Source: Candidatus Methylomirabilia bacterium (GTDB lineage Bacteria; Methylomirabilota; Methylomirabilia; Rokubacteriales; CSP1-6). Taken from it: a stretch of 64,000 nucleotides of DNA. The first letter of the stretch is position 1; every line of letters starts with the position of its first letter. The stretch spans positions 1 through 64,000 of the forward strand of contig JBGQEL010000011.1 in NCBI GenBank assembly GCA_041496385.1, in the 5' to 3' direction. Below are positions 1 to 9,998 of this stretch, one piece after another. The position numbers and the translations under genes were made by a program. The notes beneath the pieces are model-generated. The model was not told the DNA's origin. It did not search any database and saw only the letters and a list, made by a program, of their open reading frames with translations.

Positions 1-1158
1 GCCCGCATCCAGGAGGCGATCGGCTCGAAGAGCTTCGCGGGCTCGGGCCTCCTCTTCCGCGAAGAGTCCATCATGTCCGGGGTCGTCCCGCAGGTGGCCG
101 CGATGATGGGGCCCGGCGCGGCCGGGACCGCGTACATTCCGGCGCTCGCCGACTTCGTCCCCATGGTCAAGGGGACCAGCAACATGGCGCTCGGCGGTCC
201 GCCGCTCGTGAAGGCGGTCGTCGGCGAGGACATCACGGCCGAGGAGCTCGGCGGCTCGAAGATCCACTGCGAGGTCTCGGGGGTGGGCGACCTCGAGGTC
301 CCGGACGACCGCGCCTGCCTGCAGGCGATCAAGGACTATCTCGCGTACTTCCCGCTCAACAACACCGAACGTCCGCCCGTCGTCCCGTGCGACGACCCTG
401 CGGACCGGCAGGAAGGGGAGCTGCTCACGCTCGTGCCCGACAGCGCCCGGCGCGCCTACGACGTGAAGAAGGTGGTCCGCGCCGTCGTCGACCACGGCGC
501 GTTCTTCGAGATCAAGCCCGGCTGGGCCCGGAACATCGTCGTGGGACTCGCGCGCCTGGGCGGCGCGCCCGTGGGTGTCGTCGCCAACCAGCCGATGGTC
601 CTGGGCGGCGCGCTCGACGTGGACTCGGCCGACAAGGCCGCGCGCTTCATCATGCTCTGCGACGCGTTCAACGTCCCGCTCGTGTTCCTGCAGGACGTCC
701 CTGGCTTCATGGTCGGCTCGAAGGTCGAGCGCGCCGGCATCATCCGCCACGGCGCCAAGATGCTCTACGCGGTGAGCGAGGCGACGGTGCCGAAGCTCAC
801 GGTGGTGCTGCGCAAGGCCTATGGCGCGGGGTACTTCGTCATGTGCGGGCGCGGCTACGAGCCCGACCTGATCGTCGCCTGGCCGACGGCGGAGATCAGC
901 GTCATGGGGCCCGAGGGCGGCACCAACATCATCTTCCGGAAGGAGATCGCCGGCGCGGCCGACCCGGACGTGGAGCGCGCCCGCCGCGTCGAGGAGTTCC
1001 GAAAGCTGATCAACCCCTACATGGCCGCCGGCGCGGCGCTCATCGACGACGTCATCGACCCTCGCGAGACCCGGCCCGTCCTCATCCGCGGGCTGGAGAT
1101 GGCGCGCACCAAGAAGATCGACCGCCCGTGGAAGAAGCACGGCGTGATGCCCGTCTGA
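1..1158 (+). CDS. acyl-CoA carboxylase carboxyltransferase (beta) subunit, 5'-partial
   Basis: Frame open from base 1 (ARIQEAIG...). Carboxyl transferase motifs MGPGAAGTAY, GGPPLVKA, VVANQP, DVPGFMVG, RKAYGAG; C-terminal KKHGVMPV. Confidence 0.9.
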   Translation, partial: ARIQEAIGSKSFAGSGLLFREESIMSGVVPQVAAMMGPGAAGTAYIPALADFVPMVKGTSNMALGGPPLVKAVVGEDITAEELGGSKIHCEVSGVGDLEVPDDRACLQAIKDYLAYFPLNNTERPPVVPCDDPADRQEGELLTLVPDSARRAYDVKKVVRAVVDHGAFFEIKPGWARNIVVGLARLGGAPVGVVANQPMVLGGALDVDSADKAARFIMLCDAFNVPLVFLQDVPGFMVGSKVERAGIIRHGAKMLYAVSEATVPKLTVVLRKAYGAGYFVMCGRGYEPDLIVAWPTAEISVMGPEGGTNIIFRKEIAGAADPDVERARRVEEFRKLINPYMAAGAALIDDVIDPRETRPVLIRGLEMARTKKIDRPWKKHGVMPV

Positions 1159-1171
1159 CCGGAGGATTGGG

Positions 1172-1558
1172 GTGTCGAGCGTGCCGATACGAGTGCTGAT
1201 CGTCGACGACGACCCCGCGATCCGGGCGGTCCTGCACGACTACTTCCAGTCCAAGGGGGGCTATGCGGTCGTGACCGTCGCGACCGCCGAGGAGGGATTG
1301 GCGGAAGCGGCGAAGGCACGCCCCGACCTGATACTCCTGGACATTCTCTTGCCAAAGATGAGCGGTATCGAGGGACTCCGACAGCTTCGGGCGACCGTCG
1401 GCAGGGTGCCGGTCATCATGGTCAGCGGCACGACGAACCTGATGGCTCCGAGCGACGCGCTCGCGCACGGTGCGCTGGCCTACATCGCGAAGCCCTTCAA
1501 CTTCGAGCACCTCGATCACGCGGTCGCGCTCGCGCTCGGCCTGCGCGGGGAGTCGTAG
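1172..1558 (+). CDS. single-domain response regulator (CheY-like receiver)
   Basis: VLIVDDD acidic pocket, phosphoacceptor LILLDILLP, conserved AKP; GGAGG RBS at 1161-1165. Confidence 0.9.
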   Translation: MSSVPIRVLIVDDDPAIRAVLHDYFQSKGGYAVVTVATAEEGLAEAAKARPDLILLDILLPKMSGIEGLRQLRATVGRVPVIMVSGTTNLMAPSDALAHGALAYIAKPFNFEHLDHAVALALGLRGES

Positions 1559-1579
1559 CGCGTACCGCGAGGCGGGGGG

Positions 1580-1605
1580 CCGGGGGGCCTTGCGCGGCCC
1601 CCCGG
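1580..1605. terminator. GC-rich hairpin between convergent genes (terminator or REP-like palindrome)
   Basis: Perfect 10-bp stem CCGGGGGGCC-ttgcgc-GGCCCCCCGG between the stops at 1558 and 1614; no U-tract. Confidence 0.5.
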
Positions 1606-1613
1606 GTCGTCGG

Positions 1614-3110
1614 TCAATTCTCGATGAAGGCCTTGAGGTTGCGCCCGCGCAGCGGGTGACGCAGCTTCCGGAGCGCCTTCGCCTCGATCTGTCGGATCCG
1701 CTCCCGCGTGACGGCGAAGCGCCGGCCGACTTCCTCGAGCGTGTGCTCGCCCTCCTCGCCGATGCCGAACCGGAGACGGAGGATCTCCTTCTCCTTCGGC
1801 GAGAGCATCGACAGGGCCCGCTCGACCTGCGTGGTGAGGTCCTGGTTCAGCAGCGACTCGTTCGGCGAGCTCGTGGACTTGTCCTCGAGAAAGTCGCCGA
1901 GCTCGGAGTCCTCGCCGATCGGTGTCTCGAGCGAGAGCGGCTTCCGCGACGACTCGAGGATGAGCCGCACCTTCTTGGCCGGCACCCCCGTGCGCTGGGC
2001 CAGCTCCTCGGGCGTCGGCTCGCGGCCCATCTCGTTGACCAGGTTCCGGTTCACGCGCGAGATCCGGTTCAGGGTCTCGACCATGTGCACCGGGATCCGG
2101 ATCGTCCGCGAGTGGTCGGCGATTGCCCGGGTGATGGCCTGGCGGATCCACCACGTCGCGTACGTGGAGAACTTGAAGCCGCGCCGGTACTGGAACCGGT
2201 CCACGGCCTTCATGAGCCCGATGTTGCCCTCCTGGACGAGATCCAGCAGCGACAGGTCGCTGCCGAGGTAGCGCTTCGCCACCGAGACCACGAGGCGGAG
2301 ATTGGCCTCCATGAGCTCGCGCTTGGCCTGGCGCACAGTGCGGTCGCTCCGGTCGATCTGCGCGAGAACGAGGGCCAGCTGGCGCCGCGGCACGCCCGCG
2401 ACCGCCTCCAGCTCCCGCAGCTCGCGTCCGGTCGTGGCCAGCCGCCCCTTGGCCTTTGCGTGCGCGAGCTCCTCGATGCGCTCCGAGTGGCGACGCACCC
2501 TGGCGACGATGTCGTCCACCAGCGCCGGCTTCAGCGGCATGTCCGCCACGATCTGCTGCATCTTTTCGCGGCAGACCGTGACCGTCTTGGCGCGGGCGGC
2601 CCGGCCCGTCTTCGACCGCGGCCTGGGCGCCGCGGGGTCCACGAGGCGCGCGATCTTTCGCTCGAGCCGGCGCAGACGCCCGAACGCCAGGACCACCGGC
2701 CGGATCTGCTTGGCGTCCAGTTCGCCGCCCGCCGCGAGCACGATGACGTCGTCGGCCGGGATCTCGCTCCGGCGGAGCCTGTCGCCCACCTCGAGGAGAG
2801 CCCCGGCGGCCATGGGGATCCCCACGAGCGTACGGCGGAGCGCGATCTGCCCGACCTCGATGCGGCGGCCGATCTCGACTTCCTGGGCCGCGGTTAGCAG
2901 GGCGACCTTGCCGATCTCCTTGAGATAGAGACGAACCGGATCCTCGCCTCGCGGCGCGGGACCGGCCTCGAGCAGGACCGGACGAACGGTCTCTTCGGGC
3001 TCTTCCTCGACCGTCGTCGGCGTCTCCGGCTCCTCGGCGGCGTTGAGGGCTGCAGGAGCCACCGCCGTGCCGGCGAGCGAGCCTTCGTGAATCCCTTCCC
3101 TGAATGTCAT
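1614..3110 (-). CDS. rpoD: RpoD/SigA-family RNA polymerase sigma-70 factor (no region 1.1)
   Basis: Region 1.2 [11 protein letters not shown]; region 2 [52 protein letters not shown]; region 4 [30 protein letters not shown]. May be a paralog rather than the primary sigma. Confidence 0.85.
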   Translation of the reverse strand: MTFREGIHEGSLAGTAVAPAALNAAEEPETPTTVEEEPEETVRPVLLEAGPAPRGEDPVRLYLKEIGKVALLTAAQEVEIGRRIEVGQIALRRTLVGIPMAAGALLEVGDRLRRSEIPADDVIVLAAGGELDAKQIRPVVLAFGRLRRLERKIARLVDPAAPRPRSKTGRAARAKTVTVCREKMQQIVADMPLKPALVDDIVARVRRHSERIEELAHAKAKGRLATTGRELRELEAVAGVPRRQLALVLAQIDRSDRTVRQAKRELMEANLRLVVSVAKRYLGSDLSLLDLVQEGNIGLMKAVDRFQYRRGFKFSTYATWWIRQAITRAIADHSRTIRIPVHMVETLNRISRVNRNLVNEMGREPTPEELAQRTGVPAKKVRLILESSRKPLSLETPIGEDSELGDFLEDKSTSSPNESLLNQDLTTQVERALSMLSPKEKEILRLRFGIGEEGEHTLEEVGRRFAVTRERIRQIEAKALRKLRHPLRGRNLKAFIEN

Positions 3111-3372
3111 GATGTCACCAATCTGGCTGTGCCTTTATATGTATGATGCGCGGAGCCGTCCCAGCGTTTCCTGGAAGGCTCTTGAAATCGAATGGTTTTC
3201 CCCCCTCGCTTGCTCCGGCTCACCGCGCGCGCAACCTGGCAGCCTCGGCTTTCCCTCTTCTACGGTTTGACCGAAGATTCGGGTCAGCCTATTCAGTCCC
3301 GGATGGACTGGCTCCCGGCGCCGGCTCCCGGCGCCTCGACCCGGTCCGCCGGGCCGTGGTAGAAGCGAGAAG

Positions 3373-4071
3373 ATGATCGCGCCGAGCGCCAGCTACTCCT
3401 CCACGATCCGTCTCCAGATCGCCAACCGTCCGGGGATGCTGGGGCGGGTCGCGTCGGTCATCGGCGCAGCCGGCGGCGACATCGGCGCGGTGGACCTCGT
3501 CGAGACCACCCGTGAGCGCACCGAGCGGGACATCACCGTCAAGTGCAAGGACAGCGTCCACGCCCAGCAGATCGTCGGCCGGCTCAAGCGCGCCGCGGGT
3601 GTCCGCGTCGTCAACCTCTCCGATCGCACGTTCCTCATGCATCTGGGCGGCAAGATCGAGATCCGCAACAAGGTTCCGATCATCAAGCGCATGGGCCGGG
3701 ATCCGATCGTCTTCGCCATGGCCAATCCGGAGCCGGAGATCTGGCCCGAGGAGGCCGAGCGGCACGTCCGGGTGATGGCGACCGGACGCTCGGATTTCCC
3801 GAACCAGATCAACAACGTGCTGTGCTTCCCCGGCTTCTTCCGGGGCCTCCTCGACGCGCGGGCCCAGACCGTCAACGACGAGATGAAGCTCGCGGCGGCG
3901 CGCGCGCTGGCGGGCTGCGTGGGTCGTGACGAGCTCGGGGCCGAGTACATCATCCCGAGCGTGTTCAACAAGAGCGTGGCGCCGGCGGTTGCGGCGGGCG
4001 TCACGCGCGCCGCCCACGAAACGGCCGCGGCCCGTCGCCGGCGGCGCCTGGACCTCTCCGGGAGCCGGTGA
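3373..4071 (+). pseudogene. ACT-domain NAD(P)-dependent malic enzyme with a large in-frame internal deletion
   Basis: ACT domain plus HLGGKIEI..KVPI joined directly to the C-terminal IVFAMANPEPE / ATGRSDFPNQINNVLCFPG motifs; central catalytic and Rossmann motifs absent; only 232 aa. Confidence 0.7.
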
Positions 4072-4787
4072 CGGCACCGCGCTGGTCGGTCGTCATCCCG
4101 GCGTTCAACGAGGCGCGGCGCCTGCCCCTCTATCTCGACGACATCGTCGCCCACTTCGAGGGGCGTGGCGAGCCGTACGAGGTCATCGTGGTCGACGATG
4201 GCTCGACCGACGGAACGCCGGCGGTCGTGGAGGCGCGGCGCCATGCCTCGGTCCGGGTCCTGCGGCTCGAGCGGAACGCCGGCAAGGGCGCCGCGGTCCG
4301 GGCGGGGATGCTCGCGGCGCGCGGGGCGTATCGCCTCTTCGCCGACGCCGACGGCGCGACGCCGATCGCGGAGATCAAGCGCCTCGAGCCCGCGCTCGCG
4401 GCGGGGGCCGACGTCGCGATCGGCTCGCGCGTCCTCGTCGACCCCGCGGTGTCGGTCACGACCCGGGGCCACCGCGTGGCGGCCGGCCGCGTGTTCAACT
4501 GGCTCGTGGCACGCCTCGGGCTGGCGGGCGTCGCCGACTCGCAGTGCGGCTTCAAGGCCTTCACCGCGTCGGCGGCGACACGCCTCTTCGGGGGGCTCGA
4601 GACCCGGGGCTTCGGCTTCGACGTCGAGCTGCTGCTCGCGGCCCAGGCGGCGGGATATCGTATCGTCGAGGTCGCGGTGAACTGGGCCGACCAGGCCGGC
4701 AGCAAGGTGGGCGTGCTACGGCACGGGCCCGGCATGCTCTGGCAGATCGTGAAGGCCGCACGCAGGGCGGCGGGGAGCGAACGGTGA
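4068..4787 (+). CDS. glycosyltransferase family 2 (polyprenyl-phosphate glycosyltransferase, DPM1/ALG5-like)
   Basis: SVVIPAFNE, VVDDGSTDGT, NAGKGAAVRAG, DADG, DSQCGFKAF, FGFDVELL. Confidence 0.9.
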   Translation: MTAPRWSVVIPAFNEARRLPLYLDDIVAHFEGRGEPYEVIVVDDGSTDGTPAVVEARRHASVRVLRLERNAGKGAAVRAGMLAARGAYRLFADADGATPIAEIKRLEPALAAGADVAIGSRVLVDPAVSVTTRGHRVAAGRVFNWLVARLGLAGVADSQCGFKAFTASAATRLFGGLETRGFGFDVELLLAAQAAGYRIVEVAVNWADQAGSKVGVLRHGPGMLWQIVKAARRAAGSER

Positions 4788-5941
4788 GCGTCGCGCGGCG
4801 TATCCGGGAGATCGAGCCCTTCCTCGCGGTGGAGATGGGGGAACGGGCCGAGGCGCTCGAGCGGTCGGGCGTCGACGTCGTGCACCTCGAGTTCGGCGAG
4901 CCGGACTTCGAGGCGCCGGCCGTGGTCCGCGAGGCGCTCGAGCGCGCCGTCAAGGACGGTCGCACCCGCTACACCCACAGCCTGGGCATCCTGCCGTTGC
5001 GCGAGGCGATCGCTGCGCACTATGCGACGACCTACGGCGTGACCGTCTCGCCCGACCAGATCCTCGTCACGGCCGGCACGTCACCGGCGATGCTCCTTCT
5101 CTTCGGTCACCTCCTCGACCCGGGCGACGAGGTCGTCCTGAGCGATCCCTACTACGCCTGCTATCCGAACTTCATCCGCTACGCCGAGGGACGGCCCGTC
5201 TACGTCGGCGTCACCGAGGACGACGGGTTCCAGTACCGTCCGGAGGCGATCCGGGAGCGGCTCGGCCCGCGGACGAAGGCGATCCTGATCAACTCGCCCG
5301 CCAATCCGACCGGGACCGTGCTGTCGCCCGAGCGCATGGCGACGATCGCGGAGCTCGCGCGCGCCGCGGGGCCGTTCATCGTCGCCGACGAGATCTATCA
5401 CGGGCTCAGCTACGAGGGGCGCGACCGCACGATCCTCGAGTTCACCGATCGCGCCTTCGTGCTGAACGGCTTCTCCAAGGCCTACGCGATGACGGGCTGG
5501 CGGCTCGGCTGGGTGATCGCCCCCCGCACGCACATCCGCGCGCTCCAGACGCTCTACGGCAACTTCTTCATCTCGACGAACGAGTTCGTCCAGTGGGCGG
5601 GCGTCGCGGCGCTGCGGGAGGCGGGGGAGGAGAGTCGGCGGTTCCGCACGATCTTCGACGGACGCCGCCGCGCGATGATCGAGGGGCTCCGGGCCATCGG
5701 CCTCGGCGTCGGCTGCGAGCCGACGGGCGCCTTCTACGTCCTCGCGAACGCGCGGCATCTGACCGAGGACTCGGTCCGCCTGGCCAACGAGATCCTCGAC
5801 GAGGCGCACGTCGCCGTCACGCCCGGCGCGGCCTTCGGCAGAAACGCGGAGGGCTACCTCCGCTTCTCCTACGCGTCGTCGCTCGAGCGCATCCGGGAGG
5901 GCCTCGACCGTATCGGGCGGTTCCTCGCCGCACGCCGGTGA
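4784..5941 (+). CDS. PLP-dependent aminotransferase class I/II (AspAT-like)
   Basis: GEPDF, INSPANPTG, DEIY, FSKAYAMTGWRLG, YLRFSYA; GTG start overlaps the upstream TGA. Confidence 0.9.
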   Translation: MSVARRIREIEPFLAVEMGERAEALERSGVDVVHLEFGEPDFEAPAVVREALERAVKDGRTRYTHSLGILPLREAIAAHYATTYGVTVSPDQILVTAGTSPAMLLLFGHLLDPGDEVVLSDPYYACYPNFIRYAEGRPVYVGVTEDDGFQYRPEAIRERLGPRTKAILINSPANPTGTVLSPERMATIAELARAAGPFIVADEIYHGLSYEGRDRTILEFTDRAFVLNGFSKAYAMTGWRLGWVIAPRTHIRALQTLYGNFFISTNEFVQWAGVAALREAGEESRRFRTIFDGRRRAMIEGLRAIGLGVGCEPTGAFYVLANARHLTEDSVRLANEILDEAHVAVTPGAAFGRNAEGYLRFSYASSLERIREGLDRIGRFLAARR

Positions 5942-6360
5942 GCGCCGCCGGGTGTCGGGCGTGCCTCGGTCACTGGCCCGATCAGGCCTACCGGATCGCG
6001 GATCTCGGCTCGGCCGTCCTCTACCTGCACGACGACCCGTTCTTCACGGGCTGGACGGTGCTCGTGCTCAGGCGCCACGCGACCGAGCTCTACGAGCTCA
6101 CCCGGGAGGAGCGCGCCGGGCTCATCGACGAGGTGAGCCGCGTGGCGCAGGCGCTCACGACCGTCTACGACGCCCGCAAGATCAACTACGCCCTCCTCGG
6201 CAACCAGCTGCCTCACATCCACTGGCACCTGATGCCCCGCCTCGCCGGCGACCCCGTGCCGGAGGAGCCCGTGTGGACGCTGCGCCACGAGCCACACCGG
6301 CTCGCCCCGGCCGAGCTGGCCGCGCGCATTGCCGCGCTTCGCCGGGCGCTCGGCGGGTGA
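5938..6360 (+). CDS. HIT family hydrolase
   Basis: N-terminal CRAC and histidine triad LGNQLPHIHWHLMPR; GTGA overlap with the upstream gene. Confidence 0.85.
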   Translation: MSAAGCRACLGHWPDQAYRIADLGSAVLYLHDDPFFTGWTVLVLRRHATELYELTREERAGLIDEVSRVAQALTTVYDARKINYALLGNQLPHIHWHLMPRLAGDPVPEEPVWTLRHEPHRLAPAELAARIAALRRALGG

Positions 6361-6362
6361 CC

Positions 6363-7082
6363 ATGGACCCGGCCTACGTCGCCGTCCACCTCGAGGAAGA
6401 CCGCCTCCACTGGTGGTTCCGCGGGCGCCTCGCGGTGATCCTGGCGGCGCTCCGCCGCACGGTGCCGCGGCGCCCCGTGCGGCTGCTCGAGCTAGGCTGC
6501 GGCAGCGGCAACGTCCTCGCCGCGCTCGGCGAGTTCGGCGAGACCGTCGGCATGGAGGTCCACCCGGAGCTCGCCGCCGCGGCACGATCCGCCGGTCTCG
6601 ACGTGCGTGCCGGCGCGCTGCCAGAGGACCTCGTCGTTCCGCCGGGCTGGGCCGACGTCGTCCTGCTCCTCGACGTGATCGAGCACCTCGACGACGATGC
6701 GGCGGCGCTCGCGACGGCCCGGCGCGCGCTCGCCCCGGGCGGCCTCCTCGTCGTCACCGTGCCCGCGTACCGGTGGCTCTGGAGCGCCCACGACGTGGCG
6801 CTGGGCCATCGGCGGCGCTACGCGGCGCCCGCCCTCCGGCGCCTCGTCACGCGGGCGGGGTTCGGGGTGCTCCACGTGAGCTACTTCAACACCGTGCTGT
6901 TCCCCGCGGTGGCGCTCGCCCGCCTCTGGAAGCGGCTCACCGGGGCCCGGGCGCACGATCTCCACCGTCCGGCGCCGGCGCTGAACCGCTGGCTCGAGCG
7001 GCTGTTCGCGCTCGAGCGTCACGTCGTGCCGCGCGTGGCCCTGCCGTTCGGAGCCTCGCTGCTGCTCATCGCGCGCCGATGA
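6363..7082 (+). CDS. class I SAM-dependent methyltransferase
   Basis: HWWFRGR, motif I LELGCGSG, LDVIEHL, TVPAYRWLWSAHDVALGHRRRY; a family typical of glycosylation loci. Confidence 0.85.
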   Translation: MDPAYVAVHLEEDRLHWWFRGRLAVILAALRRTVPRRPVRLLELGCGSGNVLAALGEFGETVGMEVHPELAAAARSAGLDVRAGALPEDLVVPPGWADVVLLLDVIEHLDDDAAALATARRALAPGGLLVVTVPAYRWLWSAHDVALGHRRRYAAPALRRLVTRAGFGVLHVSYFNTVLFPAVALARLWKRLTGARAHDLHRPAPALNRWLERLFALERHVVPRVALPFGASLLLIARR

Positions 7083-9235
7083 CCGCCGCGTCCGCGGCGA
7101 CGCGGCGCGAATGGGCCCTCGTCGCCGCGACCTTCGCCGCGCTCACCGCGGTGGCCGCCCTCTGGCTCGCCTGGGACCGGCGGCCCCCGGAGTGGGATCA
7201 CGCGAACCACCTCGAGCGCGCCGTCCTCTGCGCCGAGGACATCGCCCGCGGCGACGCGCGCACGATCCTGGAGCGCTCCACGTTCTACCCGCCGCTCGTC
7301 CCCTGCGCCGCGGCGGTTCTGTACCGGCTCAGGCCGTCGGACGTCGCCGGCGCGCAGGCCGTGGTGCTGGGTTTTCTCGGCCTGGGGATGGCGGCGGTCT
7401 ATGTGCTCGGCCGCCGGCTGGCGGGCGGCGCCAGCGGCGTGGTCGCCGCGCTCGTCTTCGGCAGCGCGCCGTTCGTCGTCTTCTCCTCGCTCCACTTCCA
7501 GCTCGACCTCCCGCTCGCCGCGATGGTCGCCCTCGCCGTCGTCCTACTCCTCGGGACGGAGGCGTTCGAGCGCCGCGCCCTGTCGCTGGGGCTCGGCGTC
7601 GTGCTGGGGCTGGGCATGCTCACGAAGCCACCGTTCGCCGCATACGTCCTGCCGCCGCTGCTCCTCGTTCTGGCGCGCGTCCGCACGCGGCGCGGGCTCG
7701 GGAACGCGGCGCTTGCGGGCCTGATCGGGCTCGCGCTCGCGCTGCCGTGGTACGGGCCGCGACTCTTCGGCCTGGCGCCCGATGTCGCCGCGCGCTCGTT
7801 CCGGCAGGCCGCGGAGTCCGGCCATCCCGATCCGTTCAGCGCGACGGCGCTCGCGTTCTATCCGAGATGGTTCGTGCCCCAGTTCGGGCTCGTCGCCGCG
7901 CTCCTGTTCCTCGCCGGCGTCGGGATCGCCGTACGGCGGCGGCAGTGGTTGCTGCTCGCCAGCGCGCTCGTGCCGCTCGCCCTGCTGGCCGCGATCCAGA
8001 ACAAGAACCTGCGCTATACGCTGCCGCTCCTGCCGTTCATGGCGGTGCTCGCCGGCGAAGGCTTCGGGGCGCTACGTGGGCGCATCCGGACGCTGGCCCT
8101 GGCGGCGCTGGTCGCGGGCGCCGCGGTGCAGGTGGGCTCCACCGCGTTCGCCGTCCCCCGCGGACCCGTGCTGCCCGGGCTCGGTGTCCCGCTCCTGCTC
8201 GCGTCGCCGCCGAGCCGCGACGACTGGAAGCAGCGCGAGATCCTCGCCCGGATCACGCAGGACCGCGACGGTGGAGCCACGGTCAGCGTCGTCCCGAACG
8301 ACAACTTCTTCTCCGTGAGCAACTTCCGTTACTACGCGGTGCGCGCCGGCCTGCCGCTCAGGTGGACGCGCGCGTGGGACGGCGAGCCGGTGGGCATCGA
8401 CTACATGATTCTCAAGACCGGCGATCAGGGGCCGTCGTGGACCGAGGCCAAGCCACGCCGGATCGCCGAGCGCCTGGCGGCCGATCCGTATCTGGCGCGC
8501 GTCTATCCGGTCGTCGGCGAGTGGCGGCTGCCCGACGGCTCGATGGCGACGCTGAGGGCGCGTCGCGTCGATCCCGATCGGGCGAGCGCGCCCGAGCGTC
8601 TCGGCCGGATCGCCGAGGAGGCGGTGAGGCGCCGGCTCGCCGAGGTCGCGCGCGATGTCGAGGGGCTCGACGTGCGCATCGTTCACGGCGCGGCGATCCA
8701 GGAGGGCCGGCTCGACCGGATCGAGCTCTTGGTGGCCGCGGCGACCATCGGCGAGCTCTGGCGCAGGAACGCGCCGGTCGTGCGGGTGCACGACCTCAGG
8801 CTCGTGTTCGAGGACGTCCTCGTGAACCCGTGGAGTCTCGGCGCCGAGGGGCGCCTGGACCCGCTCGACGCCGGGCGGGTGCGTCTGAGGCAGGTGACGA
8901 TCCTGGCGCCGGACCTGGCGGCCTTCCTCGGGAGCCAGAAGGGATTCCGGGAGGCCACGATCGAGCTCGAGCCGGGGGCGCTCGCCTTCGTCTTCAGGCA
9001 GCCCGGACCCGACGTGGCCGGCCGCGTGCGGATCCTGCCGTCCGCGACGCGGCCCTTCGAGCTCGCGTTCGAGCGCGTCACGGTGGGTGGCCTCCCGGTT
9101 CCCGGGATACTCGTGAACTGGGTCGTTCGCGGGTATGATCCCTCGCTGAGGGTGGCGAGCCGGCTGCCGGTCCCCCTCGAAGTCGGTCGCGTCGAGATCA
9201 CCCGAGACGCCGTCCGGATCGCGGCGAACCCCTAG
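7079..9235 (+). CDS. GT-C fold membrane glycosyltransferase (ArnT/PMT-like) with soluble C-terminal extension
   Basis: PEWDHANH loop, FYPPL, many TM segments, LGMLTKPPF, KNLRYTLPLLP; C-terminal ~250 aa beta-rich domain reminiscent of DUF2993/LmeA. Confidence 0.75.
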   Translation: MTAASAATRREWALVAATFAALTAVAALWLAWDRRPPEWDHANHLERAVLCAEDIARGDARTILERSTFYPPLVPCAAAVLYRLRPSDVAGAQAVVLGFLGLGMAAVYVLGRRLAGGASGVVAALVFGSAPFVVFSSLHFQLDLPLAAMVALAVVLLLGTEAFERRALSLGLGVVLGLGMLTKPPFAAYVLPPLLLVLARVRTRRGLGNAALAGLIGLALALPWYGPRLFGLAPDVAARSFRQAAESGHPDPFSATALAFYPRWFVPQFGLVAALLFLAGVGIAVRRRQWLLLASALVPLALLAAIQNKNLRYTLPLLPFMAVLAGEGFGALRGRIRTLALAALVAGAAVQVGSTAFAVPRGPVLPGLGVPLLLASPPSRDDWKQREILARITQDRDGGATVSVVPNDNFFSVSNFRYYAVRAGLPLRWTRAWDGEPVGIDYMILKTGDQGPSWTEAKPRRIAERLAADPYLARVYPVVGEWRLPDGSMATLRARRVDPDRASAPERLGRIAEEAVRRRLAEVARDVEGLDVRIVHGAAIQEGRLDRIELLVAAATIGELWRRNAPVVRVHDLRLVFEDVLVNPWSLGAEGRLDPLDAGRVRLRQVTILAPDLAAFLGSQKGFREATIELEPGALAFVFRQPGPDVAGRVRILPSATRPFELAFERVTVGGLPVPGILVNWVVRGYDPSLRVASRLPVPLEVGRVEITRDAVRIAANP

Positions 9236-9247
9236 AGGAATCCACGC

Positions 9248-9916
9248 ATGCGTGAGTCGGTCCAGGCCAGACGAAAGCGCGCGGTGAAGCTGGTCGCCGC
9301 GCTCAAGAAGGCGTATCCCGACGCGAAGATCGCCCTGAATTTCGAGACTCCGCTGGAGCTCCTCGTGGCGACGATCCTGGCGGCCCAATGCACGGACGAG
9401 CGGGTGAACCAGGTGACGCCCGCGCTGTTCGGGAAATACCGGTCGGCGCGTGACTGGTCCAGGGTCGAGCTCGCCACGCTCGAGCGCGAGATCCATTCGA
9501 CGGGCTTCTTCCGCGCCAAGGCGCGCTCGATCGTCGGCATGGCGCGCGGGCTGGTCGAACGGCACGCCGGGGACGTGCCGCGGACGCGCGACGAGCTGAC
9601 CGCGCTGCCCGGCGTCGGCCTCAAGACGGCGAACGTGGTGCTGGGCAACGCGTTCGGGGAGCCCGCGATCGCGGTCGACACGCACGTGTTCCGAGTCTCG
9701 CAGCGCCTGGGGCTGGCCAAGTCGGACGATCCCGACAAGATCCACGCGCAGCTGGCCGAGGTGCTGCCCAAAAGGGACTGGACGCTGACGACCCATCTCC
9801 TCACGACCCACGGACGCCGGACCTGCTCGGCGCGGGCGCCGCTCTGCCCGGCCTGTCCGGTGAAGAATCTCTGCCCGTGGCCCGAGAAGACGCGTGTGTC
9901 GAGGGCGAAGCGTTGA
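9248..9916 (+). CDS. nth: endonuclease III
   Basis: LVATILAAQCTD, HhH LPGVGLKTANVV, AVDTHVFR, Fe-S motif CSARAPLCPACPVKNLC. Confidence 0.95.
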   Translation: MRESVQARRKRAVKLVAALKKAYPDAKIALNFETPLELLVATILAAQCTDERVNQVTPALFGKYRSARDWSRVELATLEREIHSTGFFRAKARSIVGMARGLVERHAGDVPRTRDELTALPGVGLKTANVVLGNAFGEPAIAVDTHVFRVSQRLGLAKSDDPDKIHAQLAEVLPKRDWTLTTHLLTTHGRRTCSARAPLCPACPVKNLCPWPEKTRVSRAKR

Positions 9917-9941
9917 CAGGGGCAGGGTTTTCCATTAAGGT
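9913..9941 (+). promoter_or_regulatory. sigma-70 promoter of the rplM-rpsI operon
   Basis: TTGACA (9913-9918), 17 bp, TAAGGT (9936-9941); the -35 overlaps the nth stop codon. Confidence 0.75.
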
Positions 9942-9998
9942 AGGTCGTTGCGAATTTTTCTGTTTGGACGCCTACTTAGAGCCGTCAAGGGGACGCTG

